Part shown: positions 8,606 through 16,930 of the stretch, piece by piece
Layout: every line of letters starts with the position of its first letter
Numbering within the stretch: the stretch's first letter is position 1
Origin: a virus
Lineage: Duplodnaviria > Caudoviricetes
IMG/VR virus record: IMGVR_UViG_3300020401_000755
Location: 1-32,325 of that record
Direction: 5' to 3' (one strand)
DNA: 32,325 nt
The notes under the pieces: model-generated
What the model was told of the DNA's origin: nothing
Database searches by the model: none
What the model saw: the letters and a program-made list of their open reading frames with translations, nothing else
Made by a program: the position numbers and the translations under genes

Positions 8606-8712
8606 CTCTCCCCACTCACAAGTCATCATGCTTCTAACGGACATGTCCACCGTGAGTGTCCTTCTCCTCGCTCAGACGAACTGTTCACCCCTGAGCGAAT
8701 TATATGAACAGT
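8583..8712 (-). ncRNA. candidate structured RNA (3' UTR or small RNA)
   Basis: GC-rich island with perfect helices CTGTTCA/TGAACAG, TCGCTCAG/CTGAGCGA and CACTCAC/GTGAGTG, then a terminator; no convincing ORF. Confidence 0.55.
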
Positions 8713-8715
8713 GTA

Positions 8716-8886
8716 TCAACCCTTAAAGGTTTCTGTCCATTTCGTGAAGACATCTCGTGCTTCTTGCTTACTGAGACCAAACTCATTCTGCAACTCACGA
8801 GGCGCTCCAAACATATTTATCTCTCCAGACTCTCGTAAGACATCTAAAAAGACAAAAAAATCATCCAATTCAAAATTAACTTCCAT
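8716..8886 (-). CDS. small conserved phage protein (LDxLRESGxxNMFGA motif)
   Basis: Motif recurrent in small phage proteins; GAGG SD favours ATG 8886 over 8898. Confidence 0.75.
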   Translation of the reverse strand: MEVNFELDDFFVFLDVLRESGEINMFGAPRELQNEFGLSKQEARDVFTKWTETFKG

Positions 8887-9037
8887 GACGAACCTCATCC
8901 TCTTCTAACATCACTTCATATTCGGAAATCAGGAAAGTAAGTGAAGCAACCTTCTCCAGATTTTGTGTTTCTTTAGCAATCTCAAGGTCTTTGTTGAGTT
9001 TTGCCAAACTCTCTTTTAACATCTCTTTAGCACTCAT
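8876..9037 (-). CDS. hypothetical helical protein
   Basis: Probable start MSAKEM at 9037; overlaps both neighbours. Confidence 0.6.
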   Translation of the reverse strand: MSAKEMLKESLAKLNKDLEIAKETQNLEKVASLTFLISEYEVMLEEDEVRHGS

Positions 9038-9464
9038 ACACATAGGGTTTGTTCCACTGTCCTGCATTGATGTTAGTGTAGTAAGCAATGTGAAAGTAGT
9101 CAGTCATCGCATCACTCTTGTCGAACCACTCACCTTCACTAGTAGGTGCTTTCATTGCTTTAATCAACTCACCGTAGAAGTTAGCAACCTCTGGTTCTCC
9201 AACCTCGTTTGCCCACTCTTCTGCATAGTAATCGTTCACTTGAAGATGGTCACCAATAGGGTAACTCTGTTGACCACGCTGTTCAGCAACCATATCATTG
9301 TGCTTCTGAGCAACACCAAGTAAGTCCAACTTACCACCTTTAAGATTAACAACCAAACTAGAATGATTATCAACTGCGATAGTACCTTTCATACCGTACT
9401 TTTTCAATACTGCCTTGATTCCACCAGACAGTTCTTTCTTCATTTCTTGTGATACATATGCCAT
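9027..9464 (-). CDS. early hypothetical protein (DxSDxMTDYF motif, possibly LPD29-like)
   Basis: GAGAGG SD; first gene after an early promoter; motif WFDKSDAMTDYF. Confidence 0.75.
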   Translation of the reverse strand: MAYVSQEMKKELSGGIKAVLKKYGMKGTIAVDNHSSLVVNLKGGKLDLLGVAQKHNDMVAEQRGQQSYPIGDHLQVNDYYAEEWANEVGEPEVANFYGELIKAMKAPTSEGEWFDKSDAMTDYFHIAYYTNINAGQWNKPYVYEC

Positions 9465-9495
9465 GTTTTTTTACCTCTCAATCAATTATGTTATT

Positions 9496-9524
9496 ATAAT
9501 ACCAAGACTCGCAGGTTTTGTCAA
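9496..9524 (-). promoter_or_regulatory. early sigma70-type promoter
   Basis: AAAAAACGC-TTGACA-17 bp-TATTAT-AATAACA. Confidence 0.85.
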
Positions 9525-9700
9525 GCGTTTTTTTCAACTATTTTTACTGAAACCAACTCGTCTTTTCCATGGTAATGTACCTTACCATCTGTTACAGTGA
9601 ATAACAACTTTTCCAACTCCTTCTGTTCCTTCTCAGTAGGTTTGAAGTGTGGGTTCAAGAAGTATTCCTGTAACAAAGTTCCTTTCTTATATCCTTTCAT
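9521..9700 (-). CDS. 59-aa hypothetical protein missing from the ORF track (MKGYKKGTLLQEYFLNPHFKP...)
   Basis: TAATG coupling to the upstream stop, AGGAG SD; stop TGA lies inside the next -35 box. Confidence 0.75.
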   Translation of the reverse strand: MKGYKKGTLLQEYFLNPHFKPTEKEQKELEKLLFTVTDGKVHYHGKDELVSVKIVEKNA

Positions 9701-10140
9701 TAGAAGTCTCCTACATCAACTTGTAAAACTCTCAACCCTTCTGCTCTGAACATGTCAACGACTTGTTGTCTGTCATCAACTGCCATCACAGGGTTGAACC
9801 CATCTTTCCTCATCTTGTCGAGAAACCCTTTCTTGAGTTCATCGTCAGGTCTGAAGTCAGTATCACCTCTCATGTAGATAGCACTGAAAGAAAGACCATT
9901 CATCATCAATTGCTTGAGGGTGGTTGCTCTCTGCCTTTCATTCCTACCAGTAGAGATAATAATTCTATTCCCAGTTGCCCAGAGTGATTTTGCTAAGTCA
10001 AATATCTCCGTGTTTGGAGTATCTTGCATAACAACTTCAGGGTCTCTGAACGCATCAAAGTCCTTGGGTCTCTGGGTGACGAAGTGTCTCCTATGTTCTA
10101 TGTCCATAAGAGTTCCGTCAACATCAAAAATAATATCCAT
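9700..10140 (-). CDS. HAD phosphatase resembling the 3'-phosphatase domain of T4 polynucleotide kinase (PseT)
   Basis: IFDVDGTL, STGR, MR..DFRPD..LK, VDDRQQVVDMFR; no kinase domain. Confidence 0.85.
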   Translation of the reverse strand: MDIIFDVDGTLMDIEHRRHFVTQRPKDFDAFRDPEVVMQDTPNTEIFDLAKSLWATGNRIIISTGRNERQRATTLKQLMMNGLSFSAIYMRGDTDFRPDDELKKGFLDKMRKDGFNPVMAVDDRQQVVDMFRAEGLRVLQVDVGDF

Positions 10141-10142
10141 AA

Positions 10143-10340
10143 TTAACCTTCGTATTGAGGATGCTCATCGAATCTTTTTTCGATGACTAACTCCTGTAAT
10201 TTTTCGTAATCGAATTTTTCTTCATATGCTTCTTGATAAGTCATTTGAAGTTCGTCCAGTAAGTCTTCCAGTGAATAGTTTGCACTGTAGACTTGCATTG
10301 ATATTTGGTCAAAGATTGCTTCGTTATACATGCAACTCAT
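10143..10340 (-). CDS. small acidic hypothetical protein
   Basis: GAGGTG SD, TAATG coupling. Confidence 0.7.
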   Translation of the reverse strand: MSCMYNEAIFDQISMQVYSANYSLEDLLDELQMTYQEAYEEKFDYEKLQELVIEKRFDEHPQYEG

Positions 10341-10729
10341 TATGCCACCTCTTTACATCTTTCATTATAAAACCCATCCTCTTTGTAGAGAACACCATTT
10401 GATTCAAAATCTAAGAAACCGTCAAGGTTGAAGTTATCAACTGGGACAGTATCACCAGAATTTTCATAACCCATTGGAACTAAGAAGTAGAACTTCTCAT
10501 CAGTAGGGTCAAAGATTACATCACCAGAGGAAGTAGACCTTAGTCCATCTTGACCTTTAGGTAACTCACATTGGAGTAAAACTTCTGGATTCTCAATCCA
10601 AGAAGATTCAATGTTATTAGAAAGTCTGTATGCATCAGACATGTTGTAAGCAGATACAACTGCTACTTCAGTGAAACCGTCACCTGCGGTGCTAAAGTTA
10701 TTAGCATGGTAGATAATGTAGTCATTCAT
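10340..10729 (-). CDS. early hypothetical protein (YodL-like RSxSxGDV motif)
   Basis: LRSTSSGDVI; GAGAGG SD supports ATG 10729. Confidence 0.65.
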   Translation of the reverse strand: MNDYIIYHANNFSTAGDGFTEVAVVSAYNMSDAYRLSNNIESSWIENPEVLLQCELPKGQDGLRSTSSGDVIFDPTDEKFYFLVPMGYENSGDTVPVDNFNLDGFLDFESNGVLYKEDGFYNERCKEVA

Positions 10730-10762
10730 ATTTAACCTCTCTTTTTTCTTCATTATGTTGTT

Positions 10763-10791
10763 ATAATAACAAGTCTAGCAGAAAATGTCAA
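10763..10791 (-). promoter_or_regulatory. early sigma70-type promoter
   Basis: AAAAACCGC-TTGACA-17 bp-TATTAT-AACAACA. Confidence 0.85.
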
Positions 10792-10805
10792 GCGGTTTTT
10801 ATGAA

Positions 10806-11687
10806 TTAATATGAAATAATTTTGAGGTTTCCGTCTTCGTTAGAATCAAGGCATTTGTACAAATCATCCATCATATCACTATGTAATTCATACATTACAG
10901 TGATACCATTGTCCCCTTTGAACTTACGACTCTCTCTATGGACTATAGCATCCATACCCCTGCCATATAGTTCTTTGGAAGGAATCTGTACAGATAGTAC
11001 AGTTTTACACTTATGTAATGCACCAAACAAATGCTCTAGTGATTGTCCGTGGTGATAGGACATACCATATCCATAGATGTCATTATCTTCAAAATGGTCA
11101 AAGGTACTCTGGATTCTCCATAGGAGTTGTCCATGTAAAACCTTATTTTTATAGAGGTCATCTATCTCACCTGTAAGTAACTCTTCTGCAATAAAAAGTG
11201 CAGGGTCATCGTCATTAACTTCCCATGGTTGAATATCATCTGTAGGACAGTCATCCATCATCTCAGGGGTCAACTTGATACCCATCATACCATTGTTTCT
11301 TGCTTCATTCAACCACTTATATTGCTCATAGTGTTGTTCATGAAACCGTTGTGCATTCTGGTCAGCACCATCAATCACAAATGATAGGAAAGGTTTATTG
11401 TACTTACGAATGTAATCCTCAACATTGTGTCGAATGATTGCTTGTTTAGATGGATGAAATACATCATCATGATTCGTATATAAAGGCAATCCTAATTCTA
11501 GACATGCTAGTACATATGCCAACTGCTTGATGCCATTCAAAGGGATTGATACATTAACAACATCTCCTTTCTTTGCACCTCTAGAAATCAGTAAATGTTT
11601 TGCCTGATTTGTTTGTTCAATAATATCCTTTTTACCAAACCTGTTTAGTTCGATATCTTCACGAATTAATTCTCTATACATCTTCAT
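10806..11687 (-). CDS. degenerate AMP-binding-domain-like protein; paralogue of the upstream gene
   Basis: KHLLISRGAKKGDVV, LACLELG and IQPWEVNDDD align with the upstream gene; the TSGTT loop is absent. Confidence 0.6.
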   Translation of the reverse strand: MKMYRELIREDIELNRFGKKDIIEQTNQAKHLLISRGAKKGDVVNVSIPLNGIKQLAYVLACLELGLPLYTNHDDVFHPSKQAIIRHNVEDYIRKYNKPFLSFVIDGADQNAQRFHEQHYEQYKWLNEARNNGMMGIKLTPEMMDDCPTDDIQPWEVNDDDPALFIAEELLTGEIDDLYKNKVLHGQLLWRIQSTFDHFEDNDIYGYGMSYHHGQSLEHLFGALHKCKTVLSVQIPSKELYGRGMDAIVHRESRKFKGDNGITVMYELHSDMMDDLYKCLDSNEDGNLKIISY

Positions 11688-12981
11688 ATGGTATACCTTT
11701 AACGGTAGCAATATGCCCTCGCAACTGCTCCATGCTTACTTTAGTATCGTGACCAAACACTGATAAGTCTAAGTCTTCCATATCATGTTTGACCACCAAG
11801 TCCCATGCCGTGGTATTTGCCTTTTTCCTGCCACCTAAAAGGTACAGTACCTTATCGTTTACATTACATCGATAGACGATATCTTCCATCTCTCTAGATT
11901 TATCCCACCATGGATGAGATACATGAAGAGTGTTTTTTCTGTAAGTAACCTTGTAAAAATCATCTGGGACTTCTCCTAGACAATTACTAATCACATCTGT
12001 ATTTTTATCTACACGGTTTACTAATAATGGTATTGCCGTATCGATACTACCGTAATGTGAATCAAAACAAACATTATATTTTTCTGCAATCTCACGGAAA
12101 GCAGGAGTCATCGCAAACCCACACATGTTAATATTTAGTTCTGTGTCGAAGGGTTTATCGAAGAAATCTAGGAAATCATTAAGTGCCGTTCTGTTAGGTA
12201 TCATGATGTGAGTCATATTCTGTGATTGAATAGTCTCAAAATCTTTTCTCCTATCTGTAACATATCCTTCCATAGGAATCGGATGATGATGACTTACTGG
12301 AAAAGTAAAGTGTACCTTTGCTACCATTAAAGAAGGAAGTAAACTAGTCAATAGAGCAGACGCATGATGTAGGTTTCTACTGTGGCATACTCTTGACTTC
12401 TTATCAAATTTAAAGATAGGAATATTTCTATGAGATATTGCCATTACTTCTTTGTGTGAAAACAAGACTGCTCTGGATGGTTTAGTCGTTCCAGATGTAG
12501 AACTTACTAATAATGTATCCTCTGGTTCTACTTTCCATGGTTGGATATGTTCATCATATCCATCTGGAATACCATCTTTGTAGATGTCTTCAAGTTCAAT
12601 AGATTCTCCACAATATCTCTCTAATAGTTTACCATGTAAACCATCATATGCACCATGTCCACCCAACCCTGAATGAATATACCAGTCTGCTCCACCATGT
12701 AAAGCAATCTTAGTATAAGGTAGTGACTCTTCGGTTGCAGGAGTATCTAATAGAAAGAGTTTACATCCTAGTTCTGCACAGGCAATCAGACTTGCTACAT
12801 GTGTTGGGTCTACTCCTAGGAGTGAAATAACTACGGTGTCCCCTTTCAGAACTCCCTTATCCAACATGTAATGCTTGATACGATTAATATGTCTTCCAAA
12901 CCATGCATCATCTACGATAAAGTTACCCATCATCCACGCAATATCTGGTGCTATGATATCACGATTTAATATGCTTTGCAT
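11674..12981 (-). CDS. adenylate-forming (ANL/AMP-binding) enzyme-like protein
   Basis: GVLKGDTV, SSTSGTTKPSRAV (A3 loop), LHHASAL, YGSID, EDIV, LGGRK. Confidence 0.75.
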   Translation of the reverse strand: MQSILNRDIIAPDIAWMMGNFIVDDAWFGRHINRIKHYMLDKGVLKGDTVVISLLGVDPTHVASLIACAELGCKLFLLDTPATEESLPYTKIALHGGADWYIHSGLGGHGAYDGLHGKLLERYCGESIELEDIYKDGIPDGYDEHIQPWKVEPEDTLLVSSTSGTTKPSRAVLFSHKEVMAISHRNIPIFKFDKKSRVCHSRNLHHASALLTSLLPSLMVAKVHFTFPVSHHHPIPMEGYVTDRRKDFETIQSQNMTHIMIPNRTALNDFLDFFDKPFDTELNINMCGFAMTPAFREIAEKYNVCFDSHYGSIDTAIPLLVNRVDKNTDVISNCLGEVPDDFYKVTYRKNTLHVSHPWWDKSREMEDIVYRCNVNDKVLYLLGGRKKANTTAWDLVVKHDMEDLDLSVFGHDTKVSMEQLRGHIATVKGIPYEDV

Positions 12982-13363
12982 GAATTTTACATCCTATAAA
13001 TTCGTTGTAGTAATCGTCCCTGAGAAGGACATCGTTTTCAAACTGTAGTTTTGCTTCATAATAACTACACTCACCCTTAGTCTTACAGAGTCTAAGGATA
13101 TCTCTACGGAACTCTTTGCCCTCTTCAACTAATAGTTTTACCTGTTCTGACGAACCATAGTAATCTTGCCAGTCAGACTGGACACGAGTTCTTTTCCTGC
13201 GTTTTCTTGTTTTAGTAACAGGAAGGATTTTAGGTTTCCAAAAGAACTTTTTACCGATATATTTCTTACCAGTATCAACCTCAGTGATTTGGTATACAAA
13301 CCCCTGATAGGGTTCTAACCACTCATCGTTTGGTGCAAAAGGAAAATCATCGTAATACCACAT
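12959..13363 (-). CDS. denA: GIY-YIG endonuclease, T4 endonuclease II-like
   Basis: GFVYQIT...KKYIGKK, SDWQDYYGSS, YYE, YYN; lies downstream of nrdB as in T4-like phages. Confidence 0.8.
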   Translation of the reverse strand: MWYYDDFPFAPNDEWLEPYQGFVYQITEVDTGKKYIGKKFFWKPKILPVTKTRKRRKRTRVQSDWQDYYGSSEQVKLLVEEGKEFRRDILRLCKTKGECSYYEAKLQFENDVLLRDDYYNEFIGCKIHAKHIKS

Positions 13364-13368
13364 ACTAC

Positions 13369-13376
13369 TATGTATA
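13369..13376 (-). promoter_or_regulatory. late-promoter variant TATACATA, 5 nt upstream of ATG 13363
   Basis: TATACATA-gtagt-ATG with no SD. Confidence 0.5.
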
Positions 13377-13661
13377 CTACTTTTTAAATTTTCTTATTCT
13401 TCCTTCATACCACATAGGCACATACCACCAAGGTAACTTGCGTAACCTAGGCATTGTATATTCCCATTCTACACCATCTGGGTCTACCCAAGTGCAGTGG
13501 AATCCATTCCATAACCTTGACCGATACCAACGAACTGAACCACCCTCTGAGATAAGTTTCTCAAGAGTCCAGAAGTAACAGTTGTTTTTATGGGTAAATA
13601 GTCGGTAAGGCCACATCCAAAAGAATACTACAAAGAGTATTCCAGTTGTTATATATCTCAC
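13377..13661 (-). CDS. hypothetical Trp-rich protein with an N-terminal TM segment
   Basis: GTG start abuts the upstream stop; fills the operon. Confidence 0.65.
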   Translation of the reverse strand: MRYITTGILFVVFFWMWPYRLFTHKNNCYFWTLEKLISEGGSVRWYRSRLWNGFHCTWVDPDGVEWEYTMPRLRKLPWWYVPMWYEGRIRKFKK

Positions 13662-13784
13662 CTATCCAATCTCTATCTCCGTACCGCACATGGGGCAGAA
13701 TAAGGGTTCTTCATCCTCTTCCACAATCACTGTTGTGATAATCCCACATACGGAGCATTCTAGTGTGTATTCGGTCTCATCCAT
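13662..13784 (-). CDS. 40-aa acidic zinc-ribbon/rubredoxin-like protein missing from the ORF track
   Basis: MDETEYTLECSVCG...EPLFCPMCGTEIEIG; two CxxC motifs; TAATG-coupled to nrdB. Confidence 0.8.
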   Translation of the reverse strand: MDETEYTLECSVCGIITTVIVEEDEEPLFCPMCGTEIEIG

Positions 13785-14797
13785 TAAGCGGCGCAACCAC
13801 GACCATCAAGACCACATGCTTCAGGTTCAGATTCCGCATCATCAAATTCAGACCATCCCCAGTCACCTTCCATGCCGTTGACTGAGTATTCGGTAACTCT
13901 TTTCTCAAAGAAGTTATCGTGTGACGCACCGTTTAAGACCCAATCCAACCATGGAAGTGGATTGTCTTTGACTCCAAAGTTTGGTTTCATACCAAGTTGT
14001 AGAAGTCTACGGTCAGCAATATGTCTAATGTATTGCTTTACATCTGCTTCGGTAAGACCTTCCATCTCTAGACCATTGAATGCTAGTTTGATGAATCGGT
14101 CTTCTAGTTTGACAATTTTCTTTGCCATATTGTAGATTTTAGATTTGAGTTCATCGTTTACGATACGAGGATGTTCCTCACATAGTGTTCTGAATAGTTT
14201 TGCATTGCCTTGTACATGTAGGGTCTCATCACGAATAGACCATTCTACAATTGTTCCCATGCCTTTCATCTTACCATATCTTTGGAAGTTGAGTAGCATT
14301 ACAAATGACGCAAATACAGATAAACCTTCATTGAATACTGATTGAGCAAGTGCTAGAGCAAGTCCAGTATTAGATTTGATTTCTCCTTCTTTCATGAAGT
14401 CAATCTTATCTGCCATCTCTTGATACTCTAGAAACTTATGAAAGTCTTCATCTGGTAATCCAAGAGTATCATTTAGTAATGCATATGCTCTTTGGTGAAC
14501 ACCTTCTCTGTTAGCAAATGATGATAACATATTACGGACTTCATTATTCTTTACACGAGGAATCAACAACTCATGATAGTTTTCTCCCACCTGTACATCT
14601 GATTGAGTAAACAATCTTAATACTTGGGTAATGAAATCTTTCTCAGACTCATTAAGTTTTGTTCTCCAGTCCTGAACATCTTCCGATAGTTCTGCTTCAT
14701 CTTCTATCCAATGAATCTCTTCATGCTTCTTTACTAGTTCCACTGCCCATGGATATAGGAATGGTTTATATGTTTTTGAATATTGTAGTACCGACAT
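13784..14797 (-). CDS. nrdB: class I ribonucleotide reductase beta subunit
   Basis: D(QSD), EGVHQRAY (radical Tyr), EG, RDETLH, NFFEKRVTEY. Confidence 0.96.
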   Translation of the reverse strand: MSVLQYSKTYKPFLYPWAVELVKKHEEIHWIEDEAELSEDVQDWRTKLNESEKDFITQVLRLFTQSDVQVGENYHELLIPRVKNNEVRNMLSSFANREGVHQRAYALLNDTLGLPDEDFHKFLEYQEMADKIDFMKEGEIKSNTGLALALAQSVFNEGLSVFASFVMLLNFQRYGKMKGMGTIVEWSIRDETLHVQGNAKLFRTLCEEHPRIVNDELKSKIYNMAKKIVKLEDRFIKLAFNGLEMEGLTEADVKQYIRHIADRRLLQLGMKPNFGVKDNPLPWLDWVLNGASHDNFFEKRVTEYSVNGMEGDWGWSEFDDAESEPEACGLDGRGCAA

Positions 14798-14800
14798 TTG

Positions 14801-16795
14801 TTATCCCTCGCAAGCCCGACACTCTTCGGACTCTTCTGTGTTTGCGTTATTTAAATATGACATAAGTTCATCATATCCACCGACATATTCCCCTTCAATA
14901 TAAATCTGAGGAACTGTCCTGACCTTTCTTCCAGTCACTTCAGCGGCGGTCTTGCCACTCTCTTGTAGGTCAATATAGTCATAAGGAATCCCTCTCAACT
15001 TGAGTTCTTCCTTTGCTAATGAGCAGAATGGACAATCTTTCTTACCATAGATGATAGAACGAGTGTCTCCTTGAAGTACAACTCTTTCAACCTTCTCAGA
15101 AACCGTTTCTGCTCTTTGCTTGGACTCTGTTCTTAGATAGTAGAGACCTTTGAGTCCCTGCTTCCATGCTTGGTAATGAACCTTATTTACATAGGACTTA
15201 TCTGCACCTGAAGGAAAGAACAGGTTAACAGATTGACCTTGACAAATATAGGGTTGCCTTTCTCCTGCGTGTCGAATAATCCAGTTCTGGTCTAATTCGT
15301 CCGCTGTTTTATATATACTTTTTTCACCTTCAGTGAGGAATCCTAGGTGTTGAACTGACCCTTTATTCGTAATAATAGACTTCCAAGTCGATTCATTGTC
15401 CTCACCATGATTCTCTAGTACCTGAGTTAGGTATTTGTTCTTTACAAGGAAAGACCCTGCTCTAGTCCTATGAGTATATGCATTTGCTTTCATAGGTTCA
15501 ATAGAAGGACTTGTTGCAAGAATAATACCTGAACTAGCATTAGGTGCGATTGCTAGAAGATGAGAGTTGCGTCTACCAGAACCTTTACCGTCTGGATACT
15601 CACCTCTTTCTTCTGCAAGTAGTTCTGTTTCTTTTAATGCTTCAGTTTTGATATACTCAAATACAGTCTTATTTATTTCTCTAGCATTCTCTGACTCCCA
15701 TGCTACCCCATGTTTTTGTAGGAGTGAATGGAATCCCATAGCACCTAGACCCAGACTTCTTTCTCTTTCTGCACTGAATTTTGCCCTTGAGATGGTGTCT
15801 GGTGCGTTGTCGATAAAGAACTGCAAGACATTATCAAGCATACGGATAAGGTCACGAACAATAGTCGTATCACGCCACTCATCGAAGTATTCGAGATTGA
15901 GTGATGAAAGACAACACACGGCAGTCCTATCGTCTGAAGTAGGTAAGTGTATTTCGTTACATAAGTTTGACCCATGGATTTTTAATCCTTTCTCTTTTAA
16001 TGGTTCTGGTAAATCTTTGTTAGCAGTATCAATAAAATTGAGATATGGTTCACCAGTTCTAAATCTTACCTCTAGGATTCTCTCCCATAATTTACGAGCA
16101 TCGATAGTATCCTTGACTTCATTATTCTTAGGGTCACGCAAATCAAACTCTGCACCCTTCTCAACTGCTTCCATAAACTCATCAGTAATATTGATAGCAT
16201 TGTGTATATTCAATGCTTTTCTTTGGACATCACCTGTAGGAATACGGATGTTTAGAAACTCTACAATATCAGGATGATGGACATCCATATAGGCCGCATA
16301 AGAACCCTTACGAGTCTTACCTTGACGGTAAGCAATCATATCAGCATCTACAGTGTGTAGAAAAGGGATAGGCCCAGGCGCAATGTCTGATACAGTTCTA
16401 ACTGAACTCCAGTGACCACCTACACCACCACCGAACACAGATAACCATCTGAGTTCAGATGAATGACCAATCAATCCTTCAAGAGTATCAGGGACATAGG
16501 TAAGGAAACAACTGATAGGCATTCCCTTATCTTTGGCACTTTCTCCATTGGGTGCATTTGATAGCACAGGAGATGCAAACATGAACCACTTGTTACTCAC
16601 ATAAGAGTATAATCTCTCTGCGAGGTCTGGGTCTAATTCATCTTTGTATTTGCTCCATGCTAGAGATGCTCTAGCAAATGCTTCTTGGGGGGACTTCTCA
16701 TGCTCTTTTAAATAAAAGTCGGAGAGCATTCCGACTGCATAATCTTCTAATAACTTATCTTTCTTCTTATCAATCTTGACGATGGTATCTGCCAT
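14801..16795 (-). CDS. nrdA: class I ribonucleotide reductase alpha subunit, no ATP cone, with a fused glutaredoxin domain
   Basis: ISCF, GSNLCNEI, VCCLSS, APNASS, LYYLR; then the CPFC...TVPQIYI...GGYDEL glutaredoxin and the terminal ECRACEG. Confidence 0.96.
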   Translation of the reverse strand: MADTIVKIDKKKDKLLEDYAVGMLSDFYLKEHEKSPQEAFARASLAWSKYKDELDPDLAERLYSYVSNKWFMFASPVLSNAPNGESAKDKGMPISCFLTYVPDTLEGLIGHSSELRWLSVFGGGVGGHWSSVRTVSDIAPGPIPFLHTVDADMIAYRQGKTRKGSYAAYMDVHHPDIVEFLNIRIPTGDVQRKALNIHNAINITDEFMEAVEKGAEFDLRDPKNNEVKDTIDARKLWERILEVRFRTGEPYLNFIDTANKDLPEPLKEKGLKIHGSNLCNEIHLPTSDDRTAVCCLSSLNLEYFDEWRDTTIVRDLIRMLDNVLQFFIDNAPDTISRAKFSAERERSLGLGAMGFHSLLQKHGVAWESENAREINKTVFEYIKTEALKETELLAEERGEYPDGKGSGRRNSHLLAIAPNASSGIILATSPSIEPMKANAYTHRTRAGSFLVKNKYLTQVLENHGEDNESTWKSIITNKGSVQHLGFLTEGEKSIYKTADELDQNWIIRHAGERQPYICQGQSVNLFFPSGADKSYVNKVHYQAWKQGLKGLYYLRTESKQRAETVSEKVERVVLQGDTRSIIYGKKDCPFCSLAKEELKLRGIPYDYIDLQESGKTAAEVTGRKVRTVPQIYIEGEYVGGYDELMSYLNNANTEESEECRACEG

Positions 16796-16823
16796 TTTAT
16801 TTTTTCCATGTAAATTTAGTCGG

Positions 16824-16850
16824 TGAGGGTGATGTTATTTATCACGCTCA
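16824..16850 (-). promoter_or_regulatory. inverted repeat in the nrdA leader overlapping a GATAAATA late-box variant
   Basis: TGAGCGTGAT-AAATAAC-ATCACCCTCA (9 of 10 positions pair). Confidence 0.55.
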
Positions 16851-16867
16851 GGGTTTCAATGTGTAAC

Positions 16868-16896
16868 ATTATACACTACTATCTACAAAAAGTCAA
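16868..16896 (-). promoter_or_regulatory. sigma70-type promoter for nrdAB
   Basis: TTGACT-17 bp-TATAAT. Confidence 0.85.
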
Positions 16897-16930
16897 ACAC
16901 TTTTTGTTGCAGTGCTATGACAAGAAGATA

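Noticed and set aside
8660-8700. Hammerhead ribozyme suggested by CUGAGCGA
   Set aside because: It does not fit CUGANGA, lacks a correctly placed GAAA, and the segment is base-paired
8626-8718. Selenocysteine or stop-codon readthrough at the UGA of 8716..8886, driven by the downstream structure
   Set aside because: Readthrough adds only ~29 unremarkable codons, with no redox-motif context, and the protein appears complete at the stop
12959-13363. Mobile GIY-YIG homing endonuclease
   Set aside because: It is short, lacks a DNA-binding tail, and its motifs and position fit endonuclease II
13784-16795. Intron or intein in nrdA/nrdB
   Set aside because: Both frames are continuous; the only extra segment is a glutaredoxin with no splicing motifs
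16870-16890. NrdR box in the nrdA promoter spacer (ACACTACTATCTAC)
   Set aside because: The right half does not match the palindromic consensus and there is no tandem box
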